25,739 nucleotides of DNA from an uncultured Candidatus Izemoplasmatales bacterium (lineage in GTDB: Bacteria; Bacillota_I; Bacilli_A; Izemoplasmatales; Hujiaoplasmataceae). This document shows positions 18,351 through 25,739 of the stretch, piece by piece (positions within the stretch are counted from its first letter, which is position 1; the number at the start of each line of letters is the position of its first letter). Made by a program: the position numbers and the translations under genes. The notes beneath the pieces are model-generated. The model had not been told where the DNA came from. It ran no database searches and saw only the letters and a program-made list of their open reading frames with translations. The stretch spans positions 1-25,739 of the forward strand of contig CAYZPL010000001.1 of the NCBI GenBank assembly GCA_964480415.1, given 5' to 3'.

Positions 18351-19868
18351 ATGAAAAACGGAGTCGGAAGAAACATTCCTGATGACTTGAGACCATTTGT
18401 CTCAAGCGATGATTACAAAACAAAAGAGCGGAGATTGATTCCGAAGAAAAAAAGACAGTCAAAAACTGTTTTTTTCAATGATCTCGCATCCGCTTTCGAT
18501 CATTTCGGAATATCGTCCGGCAGTACGATATCATTCCATCATCATCTACGTAATGGAGACCATGTTCTTGAGGATGTCTGTGAAATCATTGATCAAAGGA
18601 ACCTAAGAAACATCCATCTTGCTCCAAGTTCGATTTTTCCAAGTTACACAAATTTGGTGAAACTGATCGAGAATCAGAATGTTACCGACATTCATACAAA
18701 TTATGTGAATGGTCCGGTAGCGAAAGCCATCAGCCTAGGAAAATTGGCTGGCAAACTGGTAATGGACACACACGGAGGCAGAGCCAGAGCGATTGAAAGC
18801 GGCGATCTCAAGATCGACTATGCATTTCTGGCGTGTCCGGTTGTGGACAAGCAGGGCAACGGTACTGGCGCCTTTGGTAAAAGCGCATGTGGAACTTTGG
18901 GTTATGCTGTAAGTGATCTCGAATATGCAGGTAAAGTGATACTAGTGACGGATTCCTTAGTTGACAAACTTGATGAATTCCAGCTGAATGGCGAATATGT
19001 GGACGCGGTTGTCGTCCTTGATTCGATTGGTGATTCCGAAGGCATCATTTCGGGTACGACGCAACTGACGAAAGATCCGATCGGCCTGAAAATAGCCAAG
19101 GATTGTTCAATGCTACTAGATGATTTGGGTATGATAGAAAACGGATTTTCCATGCAGACGGGAGCCGGAAAAACATCATTGGCAGTCGTGAAATATGTCA
19201 AGGAACTCATGGAAAGAAAAGGAGTCAAAGGTTCTTTCGGTTCAGGCGGAATAACGAAGAGTTATGTAGAAATGCTCGAACAGGGATTGTTCGACAAACT
19301 ATACGATGTACAATGCTTTGATTTGGACGCGGTAGAATCATTCCACAAGAACAAGAACCATTTGGCGATGTCAGCTTCAGAGTATGGTAATCCATTCGAA
19401 AAGGATCCCGTTTGCGACAGACTCTCTTTCGTCATTTTGGGAGCTGCGGAAATAGATCTTGATTTCAATGTGAATGTAACGACGGATTCGTTGGGTAATC
19501 TTATCGGTGGAAGCGGCGGACACGCCGATATTGCGAAAGGTGCTGACTTGACAATAATAATTTCCCCATTGATCAAATCGAGAATACCGCTCATCAAGGA
19601 TGAAGTCATGACAGTGACCACTCCGGGAAGCGACATTGACATTCTGATCACCGAAAGAGGGATTGCGATAAATCCGTTGAGAAAGGATTTATTGAAAAAA
19701 CTGCAAAACAGGCCTCTGCCTGTATATACGATAAAGGAACTATATGATTTGGCGCACAGTATTACAGGTAAACCAAGAAAGATAGAAACAACCGATGAAA
19801 TAGTCGGCTTCGTTGAATACAGGGATGGTACAATCATCGATTGCATCTATAAAACGAAGGTATTCTAA
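18351..19868 (+). CDS. citF: Citrate/citramalate:acetyl-ACP transferase (alpha subunit)
   Basis: ISFHHHLRNGD, THGGRARAI, CGTLGYA, QTGAG, GGSGGHAD, VTTPG, VEYRDGTIID. Confidence 0.92.
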   Translation: MKNGVGRNIPDDLRPFVSSDDYKTKERRLIPKKKRQSKTVFFNDLASAFDHFGISSGSTISFHHHLRNGDHVLEDVCEIIDQRNLRNIHLAPSSIFPSYTNLVKLIENQNVTDIHTNYVNGPVAKAISLGKLAGKLVMDTHGGRARAIESGDLKIDYAFLACPVVDKQGNGTGAFGKSACGTLGYAVSDLEYAGKVILVTDSLVDKLDEFQLNGEYVDAVVVLDSIGDSEGIISGTTQLTKDPIGLKIAKDCSMLLDDLGMIENGFSMQTGAGKTSLAVVKYVKELMERKGVKGSFGSGGITKSYVEMLEQGLFDKLYDVQCFDLDAVESFHKNKNHLAMSASEYGNPFEKDPVCDRLSFVILGAAEIDLDFNVNVTTDSLGNLIGGSGGHADIAKGADLTIIISPLIKSRIPLIKDEVMTVTTPGSDIDILITERGIAINPLRKDLLKKLQNRPLPVYTIKELYDLAHSITGKPRKIETTDEIVGFVEYRDGTIIDCIYKTKVF

Positions 19869-21130
19869 TGGAATCTATCAAAGAAAAAATCCTGAGTTCA
19901 AGAGAAAGAAGAAGATGGTTATATATTGAAGACAAACTTGTAGGTGACGTTATAATGGTTTGTCTGAAAGCGAATATTCCCGGAGACAACAAAAACATCC
20001 AGGAAGCGTATATGCTTTTGGGACTGTTTTACAATCTTGTAGTCAAGGATTCTAGTGAGCATATATTCATCGATTCTGACGACGGGCCGCTTTATTTCTT
20101 TTTGTTCGAACATAAAGATGGCGAAAAGCTGAAGAAAAGGATGATGGAAATCGAAGATGCACATGAGCTTGGCAGGTTCATCGACATCGATGTGTATCAG
20201 AAAGACCATGAATTTTCTCGGGAAACTCCAAGAAAATGTTATATATGCGATGACATAGCATTCAACTGCATAGTATCCAAAAAGCATACACTCGAGGAAA
20301 CACTGTCGGTAATCCGCGAAAAAGTCAACGGATACTTTTACAATGAAATCCAAAAGATGGTATTTGACAGTATAAAACTGGAACTGGATCTTGATCCGAA
20401 ATTCGGACTTGTTACTCCGAAGACAAACGGATCGCATCCGGACATGGATTACGAGCTGATGCTAAAAGCCGCGAAAACGATTCTTCCTTTCATAATGGAA
20501 ATGTACGATCTTGCCAGTTCAAGTGATGAAATAGAAAGCATTTTTCCTGCAATCAGGAAAATTGGCATTAAAGCAGAAAACAAAATGTATGAAACCACCA
20601 ACAATGTCAATGCGTATAAGGGATTGATATTCCACATGGGTCTGTTTGTTTCAGCTTTCGCATTTTTGCTTTATCATCACGATTACGGATGGGATGTACC
20701 GGATCTGGCTTCGTATCTGGTCAGCGGCATACTTGATGAATTAGATCAGCCAGGAGATTCCTACGGTCACGAGGCATATGAAAAATATGGCATACTCGGA
20801 GCGAGAGGAGAAGCCGCGCTCGGGTTTACACATGTCTTGGAAGCATTGGAATATCTCAGTGATTTTTCCGTCGAAAAGCGCATCGAGACGCTCGCATATC
20901 TGATATCCGAGGTAGAGGATACCAATCTGTTGAAGAGATCCGGGTCTTATGATGCATATATTGAGAACAAAGAAAAATTCTTTGCTTTGGTCAAATACAA
21001 AAAATCGCTGGTTGAAGAGCTTGACGAGTACTGCAGAGATAACAATCTCAGTTTCGGCGGAAGCGCCGATCTGTTGATTGTAACAATTTTCATGAAAAAA
21101 TTGAATACATTTTACAAGTTATATGAATAG
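19868..21130 (+). CDS. citXG: Fused CitX-CitG (holo-ACP synthase plus triphosphoribosyl-dephospho-CoA synthase)
   Basis: N-terminal CitX-like region (KANIPG, GRFIDIDV, RKCYIC...C...KKH) and C-terminal CitG-like region (PKFGLVTP...GSHPDMD, YKGLIF, GARGEA, LSFGGSADLL). Confidence 0.85.
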   Translation: MESIKEKILSSRERRRWLYIEDKLVGDVIMVCLKANIPGDNKNIQEAYMLLGLFYNLVVKDSSEHIFIDSDDGPLYFFLFEHKDGEKLKKRMMEIEDAHELGRFIDIDVYQKDHEFSRETPRKCYICDDIAFNCIVSKKHTLEETLSVIREKVNGYFYNEIQKMVFDSIKLELDLDPKFGLVTPKTNGSHPDMDYELMLKAAKTILPFIMEMYDLASSSDEIESIFPAIRKIGIKAENKMYETTNNVNAYKGLIFHMGLFVSAFAFLLYHHDYGWDVPDLASYLVSGILDELDQPGDSYGHEAYEKYGILGARGEAALGFTHVLEALEYLSDFSVEKRIETLAYLISEVEDTNLLKRSGSYDAYIENKEKFFALVKYKKSLVEELDEYCRDNNLSFGGSADLLIVTIFMKKLNTFYKLYE

Positions 21131-21211
21131 GTGAGAAATTGGCTTTTTCTGAATGGTATATGGATATTTTTTTGATAACCTCAAAAAAATAATCATTTTG
21201 GAATTTTTTTC

Positions 21212-21240
21212 TTGACTTTACCTAATACAAATAGTAAAAT
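21212..21240 (+). promoter_or_regulatory. Sigma-A/70 promoter of the tRNA-Val/tRNA-Thr pair
   Basis: TTGACT (21212-21217), 17 bp spacer, TAAAAT (21235-21240). Confidence 0.85.
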
Positions 21241-21259
21241 TGTTATGCGAGAAAAATTC

Positions 21260-21335
21260 GGAGGTTTAGCTCAGCTGGGAGAGCATCTGCCTTACAAGCA
21301 GAGGGTCGGCGGTTCGAGCCCGTCAACCTCCACCA
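21260..21335 (+). tRNA. tRNA-Val (anticodon TAC)
   Basis: Acceptor GGAGGTT/AACCTCC, anticodon arm TCTGC-CTTACAA-GCAGA, GGTTCGAG, CCA encoded, 76 nt. Confidence 0.97.
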
Positions 21336-21336
21336 T

Positions 21337-21413
<77 letters not shown>

Positions 21414-21442
21414 TTTACAAACTGTGCAGATATGCATTAAAT

Positions 21443-21477
21443 ATAATGGCGTACGGAATGTACGCTATTATTTTTTT
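21443..21477 (+). terminator. Intrinsic terminator of the tRNA pair
   Basis: 12-bp stem ATAATGGCGTAC (21443-21454) / GTACGCTATTAT (21460-21471) with one G-U pair, loop GGAAT, then TTTTTT. Confidence 0.85.
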
Positions 21478-21495
21478 CCTAAGGAGCAAGTCAGG

Positions 21496-22884
21496 ATGAC
21501 CGAAACAAGCGAAAAAAAGACAAAGTTGATATTGTATGGCAAACCGATTTGGAAGGGTATAATCGCTCTTAGCCTTCCGGTCTTCTTGGCAAATATAGTC
21601 AAGACTATGCAAGACCTTGTGGATGCGGTCACCTTGGGTCAATTACCGGATATAACTCAAGCGACGCAATCGCAAGGTGCGGTCGGCTTGACTTGGCCGA
21701 TTTTCTTTATCTTCCTATCGTTCGGAATCGGTCTTAGTATCGCTGGAAATGCGCTGATCGGACAGTACGTCGGTAAGAACGATATGAAAAATGCTAAAAA
21801 ATTTGCGAACAACGTATTGTTACTTAGCTTGGGACTTGGTATATTATTTAATATAATGGTATATATGTTCGGACCGATGATTTTGAGTCTGATGCAAGCG
21901 CCAGGAGACAAGCTCGATTATGCGGTGACCTATATCCGAATCAGAAGTTTCGGGTTGCCGATCATGTTCCTGTCTTTCGGATTCCAAGCCGTAAGACAAT
22001 CCACCGGAGATACGACCACACCCGTTATAGTCAGTACGATGGCGATCGTACTGAACATAATATTGACGCCGATTTTCGTTCTCGTGTTCCATTGGGGCAT
22101 AATGGGAGCCGGACTGTCGACAATGATCGCAAATAATCTAATGTTGCCGGGAATAATCTTTTTCTTGCTAAAAAGCAAAACCGGAATCAAGGCGACATTC
22201 AACATCAAGAGTTTCAATCTCAATATAGCCAAGGACCTTTTCAATGTCGCAATACCGGCTTCAATCGGACAATCGATCCAGGCGGTCGGATTTGTAATCT
22301 TGAACGCAAAGATAAATTTTTATGGCGATGCGGTGTACAATGCGTTCTATCTGGGGAACCGGATCAATTCAATCGTGCTGTTCCCGATTATGTCCATTAG
22401 CGCGATAGTCGCAATCTATATCGCACAGAATGTCGGTGCCGGAAATATTGCAAGAGCCAAGCAGGCGATCAGACAAAGCATGTTCATCAGTGTGGCATTT
22501 ATGATACTGGGTATTATTTTGATTCTACCCTTAAGGAAGGATATCATCGGATTGTTCACAAACGATCCGGCGACAATCGAACAAGGAGTACAATATATGC
22601 TCTATATCGGCTTAGGTTTGCCTCTGATGGCCATTTTTCAGATTTTCTTCTCCACATATCAAGGTAGCGGAGAAACGAAATTTGCGATGGTGCTGGGGAT
22701 TGTAAGACTATGGATATTCAGATTGCCGCTTGTATTCTTGGCTATAGCATTTACGAATATGGGACCATTAGGCATCTGGTTGTCTATGCTTATCAGCAAT
22801 TTCCTAGCAACCGTATTGGGATATTTCCTATATAGAAGAGTTAAATTCGTACCAAAAATAAGACGCAGTTTTGCGGAAGGGTGA
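21496..22884 (+). CDS. MATE-family efflux transporter
   Basis: About 12 TM segments, internal repeat of the GQYVG/AQNVGAG...AK motifs, GDTTTP and GSGETK loops. Likely start ATG 21496 after SD AAGGAG; the track start at 21424 runs through the terminator. Confidence 0.92.
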   Translation: MTETSEKKTKLILYGKPIWKGIIALSLPVFLANIVKTMQDLVDAVTLGQLPDITQATQSQGAVGLTWPIFFIFLSFGIGLSIAGNALIGQYVGKNDMKNAKKFANNVLLLSLGLGILFNIMVYMFGPMILSLMQAPGDKLDYAVTYIRIRSFGLPIMFLSFGFQAVRQSTGDTTTPVIVSTMAIVLNIILTPIFVLVFHWGIMGAGLSTMIANNLMLPGIIFFLLKSKTGIKATFNIKSFNLNIAKDLFNVAIPASIGQSIQAVGFVILNAKINFYGDAVYNAFYLGNRINSIVLFPIMSISAIVAIYIAQNVGAGNIARAKQAIRQSMFISVAFMILGIILILPLRKDIIGLFTNDPATIEQGVQYMLYIGLGLPLMAIFQIFFSTYQGSGETKFAMVLGIVRLWIFRLPLVFLAIAFTNMGPLGIWLSMLISNFLATVLGYFLYRRVKFVPKIRRSFAEG

Positions 22885-22888
22885 TTAG

Positions 22889-24007
22889 ATGTATAAATTG
22901 GTATATCCGGATTATGATCATTCGATTATGAATATCACTAATTCGATTCTAGAATATTACGGAGCTGAACATAAGCACGCCACGTTACCGATACTGGATA
23001 AAGAACTTGCGAAGAAATATCGCAATGTGGTTCTTTTTCTTGTCGATGCGATGGGGTCTGAGATACTACTGAGACATAAGAAGAACGCCAAACTGCTTTT
23101 GAAATACCAAAAGGACGTTTTGACTTCGGTTTATCCTTCGACCACTGTTGCGGCTACGACATCAGTCCTTACAGGGTTGTCACCGGTCGAAACTGGTTGG
23201 ATCGGTTGGTTCCAATACATCAAAGAAGAAGACAAAAGCATAATATTCTATTTCAATGAAGATTTCTATGACAACAGTTACAAATTCGATTACAATGTAT
23301 CGGAAAAATATGTTCCGGTTGTAGATGTATATACTAAGATCAAGAATGCCAGAAGCGACGTTCACACCGAAGAAATATTTCCTGAATTCAGAGAACCAAA
23401 ACACAATAAATTCATCAAGATATGCGAGACCATAGCGGAAAAGACAAAACTACCCGGTGAAAATTACATATATGCATACTGGGAAAAACTTGATTCCTAT
23501 ATGCATAAAGAAGGTCCCGGGGCCGAAAAAATCCTCAACCATGTCAAAGAAATCAATGATGGATTCAAATACTTGCAGGAAAATATCGCCGATGACACAT
23601 TGTTGATATTGACGGCGGACCACGGTCAGGTGGATATCGAAGAAATTCCAATAGACGATTATCCTGATTTGGTCGAAACATTTGTCCATGCGCCTTCAAT
23701 CGAAACCAGAGCGACGGCTTTCTTCATCAAAGAAGACAAGAAAGCAGAGTTCGAAGAAGCCTTTCTCAAGCATTTTCGTGATAAATTCATCCTGATGAAA
23801 TCCGAAGACGTGTTGAAATCTCATCTTTTAGGATTCGGAAAACCACATGAAAGAGTGAAAGAATTCCTTGGCGATTATATGGCACTTGCCATAGACAAAT
23901 ATGTTTTCAGAATGGCCAAGGGAGACATGGCGCCTTTCAAAGGCCAACATGCCGGACTCAGAAAAGAAGAAATGCTTGTACCACTAATCATCTACGCTAA
24001 AAAATAA
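22889..24007 (+). CDS. Alkaline phosphatase superfamily protein (type I phosphodiesterase / nucleotide pyrophosphatase)
   Basis: LFLVDAMG, TSVYPSTT, DSYMH, LTADHGQ, GQHAG metal and nucleophile motifs. Confidence 0.9.
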   Translation: MYKLVYPDYDHSIMNITNSILEYYGAEHKHATLPILDKELAKKYRNVVLFLVDAMGSEILLRHKKNAKLLLKYQKDVLTSVYPSTTVAATTSVLTGLSPVETGWIGWFQYIKEEDKSIIFYFNEDFYDNSYKFDYNVSEKYVPVVDVYTKIKNARSDVHTEEIFPEFREPKHNKFIKICETIAEKTKLPGENYIYAYWEKLDSYMHKEGPGAEKILNHVKEINDGFKYLQENIADDTLLILTADHGQVDIEEIPIDDYPDLVETFVHAPSIETRATAFFIKEDKKAEFEEAFLKHFRDKFILMKSEDVLKSHLLGFGKPHERVKEFLGDYMALAIDKYVFRMAKGDMAPFKGQHAGLRKEEMLVPLIIYAKK

Positions 24008-24019
24008 CGAAACATCAAC

Positions 24020-24041
24020 AGCCCTATCAAGGGCTTTTTTT
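24020..24041 (+). terminator. Intrinsic terminator after the MATE-phosphodiesterase pair
   Basis: AGCCCT-ATCA-AGGGCT followed by TTTTTT. Confidence 0.8.
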
Positions 24042-24070
24042 GTTTGGATGAAATAAAAAGACTGCATTGA

Positions 24071-24099
24071 TTGACTGCTGAATATCAATATGCTAGAAT
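24071..24099 (+). promoter_or_regulatory. Sigma-A/70 promoter of acr3
   Basis: TTGACT (24071-24076), 17 bp spacer, TAGAAT (24094-24099), with extended TG at 24091-24092. Confidence 0.75.
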
Positions 24100-24140
24100 A
24101 CAAGCGAAATAAAAATGATATCATTAGTCTGAAGGATAAT

Positions 24141-25190
24141 ATGGATAAGGAAAAAAGCAAAATCAGTTTCTTTGAAAAGTTTTTGACATTGTTTGTGATC
24201 GTGTGCATGGCAATCGGTGTCTTAATCGGAAAGTATATTCCCGGTGTACCTGATTTTCTTAACAAATTAGAAATTTATAATGTGAATATACCAATTGGCA
24301 TACTCATTTGGGTAATGATCTATCCGATGATGTTGAAGATCGATTTCGCATCTGTCAAAAATGTCGGCAAGAATCCGAAAGGTCTTTTTCTGACATGGAT
24401 TGTCAACTGGCTGATCAAACCGTTCACGATGTTTGGAATCGCAAGTCTTTTCTTCTTGGTGATCTTCAAGACGGTGATCCCGCTTAATCTCGCCAACGAT
24501 TATCTGGCAGGAGCGATATTGCTTGGAGCGGCACCATGTACGGCGATGGTTTTTGTCTGGAGTTCATTGACAAAAGGCAATCCGGCTTACACATTGGTAC
24601 AAGTCGCCACCAACGATTTGATAATACTGGTATTATTCGTGCCGATTGTTGGGTTGCTTTTGGGAATAAGCGGCGTTAGTGTACCTTGGGGTACCTTATT
24701 CCTTTCTGTAGTATTATTCGTCGTGATTCCTTTAGCCGCTGCGTCCTTTACAAGAATGCATATGATCAAGAAAAAGGGATTGGAGTATTATAACGATAAA
24801 TTCATACCAAAGTTCAGTTTGGTGACGATAACGGGTTTGTTGCTAACTTTGGTACTTATCTTCTCTTTACAAAGCAATCTGATTATTAATAACCCTTTGC
24901 ATATAGTTTTGATTGCGATACCGCTTGTAATCCAGACTTTCCTGATCTTCTCCATAGCTTATTCGGGAGCAAAATTGATCAAATTGCCACATGATATAGC
25001 CGCACCGGCAGGAATGATAGGTGCCAGCAACTTCTTCGAATTGGCCGTTGCCGTGGCGATCGCCTTGTTCCCAATGAATCCGGGAGTGTCACTAGCGACG
25101 ATAGTCGGGGTTTTGGTTGAGGTGCCGGTAATGCTGATATTGGTCAAAATAGCAAACAGCACAAAAAAATGGTTCGAAAGGCAGGAATGA
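24141..25190 (+). CDS. acr3: ACR3-family arsenite efflux transporter
   Basis: WVMIYPMMLKIDF, NWLIKPFTM, GAAPCTAMVFVWS, IGASNFFELAVAVAI, GVLVEVPVML. Likely start ATG 24141 after GAAGGA; the track start at 24090 lies inside the promoter. Confidence 0.93.
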   Translation: MDKEKSKISFFEKFLTLFVIVCMAIGVLIGKYIPGVPDFLNKLEIYNVNIPIGILIWVMIYPMMLKIDFASVKNVGKNPKGLFLTWIVNWLIKPFTMFGIASLFFLVIFKTVIPLNLANDYLAGAILLGAAPCTAMVFVWSSLTKGNPAYTLVQVATNDLIILVLFVPIVGLLLGISGVSVPWGTLFLSVVLFVVIPLAAASFTRMHMIKKKGLEYYNDKFIPKFSLVTITGLLLTLVLIFSLQSNLIINNPLHIVLIAIPLVIQTFLIFSIAYSGAKLIKLPHDIAAPAGMIGASNFFELAVAVAIALFPMNPGVSLATIVGVLVEVPVMLILVKIANSTKKWFERQE

Positions 25191-25237
25191 TTTCATTCTT
25201 GCTTTTTTAAACCATTAGTTTATCGATATTCAGATTT

Positions 25238-25612
25238 TTATAATTCGTCTTCGGAAAGTGCGTGAACGATAAGTTCGGCTGTAGAGATGTTCGTGGCTAA
25301 AGGAATTTTATATACATCGCTAAGCCTCAGCAAAGCGCTGATATCGGGTTCATGAGGTTGTGCTGTAAGCGGATCGCGGAAGAAGAAAACGAGATCGATG
25401 TCACCGTTGGCTATTTTGGCGCCCATCTCTTGATCGCCGCCTAAAGGTCCCGAACGGAAACACTTGATATTCAGCCCGGTAGCTTCGATCACTTTATGCC
25501 CCGTGGTACCTGTGGCGAATAATTCATGTTTCTTAAGAACGTATTTGTATTTCTTAGCAAATTCAATGATTTCCGGTTTCATTTTGTCATGAGCTATCAA
25601 CGCTATTTTCAT
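25238..25612 (-). CDS. mgsA: Methylglyoxal synthase
   Basis: [57 protein letters not shown] on the minus strand at 25618-25623. Confidence 0.96.
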   Translation of the reverse strand: MKIALIAHDKMKPEIIEFAKKYKYVLKKHELFATGTTGHKVIEATGLNIKCFRSGPLGGDQEMGAKIANGDIDLVFFFRDPLTAQPHEPDISALLRLSDVYKIPLATNISTAELIVHALSEDEL

Positions 25613-25645
25613 AAATTTCCTCCATGCGGTTAAAATCTCATTTAC

Positions 25646-25654
25646 ATTATAACA
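25646..25654 (-). promoter_or_regulatory. Extended -10 element of mgsA
   Basis: The minus strand reads TG-T-TATAAT (25654 to 25646). Confidence 0.55.
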
Positions 25655-25703
25655 TTACTCAATAAAAGAAAGCCGCAAATATTCAAAATGACGAAAAATA
25701 ATC

Positions 25704-25732
25704 TTGCATTTTAAAATGCGTTTTGATATAAT
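25704..25732 (+). promoter_or_regulatory. Promoter for a gene beyond the right window edge, divergent from mgsA
   Basis: TTGCAT (25704-25709), 17 bp spacer, TATAAT (25727-25732), with extended TG at 25724-25725. Confidence 0.7.
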
Positions 25733-25739
25733 GTAATAG

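Overview
Compact, almost entirely plus-strand anaerobe-type bacterial locus using the standard code (TGA serves as a stop). Its core (3778-21130) is two adjacent coenzyme-B12-dependent amino-acid fermentation operons. The first is lysine fermentation: atoD/atoA-like CoA transferase, kal, kce, kdd, kamA, kamB-like, kamD, kamE and a PduO-type adenosyltransferase. It is led by a consensus sigma-A promoter and a lysine riboswitch whose P1 3' strand is also the 5' arm of a 14-bp terminator, which predicts a lysine-activated ON switch. The second is glutamate fermentation by the methylaspartate route: glmS, glmL, glmE, mal, then citD/citE/citF/citXG, probably acting as citramalate lyase. Both promoter regions carry a cre-like box with an identical 10-bp core. 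The kamB-like gene has no ATG/GTG/TTG upstream of its conserved P-loop, which points to a non-canonical start. Mesaconase, citC and kamC are not in the window. The flanks hold the 3' part of tex, a membrane protein, tRNA-Ser(GCT), an MFS transporter, a Nudix hydrolase, tRNA-Val(TAC), tRNA-Thr(TGT), a MATE transporter, an alkaline-phosphatase-superfamily protein, acr3 and mgsA. No mobile elements or CRISPR arrays were seen. All family calls come from motif recognition, not database searches.
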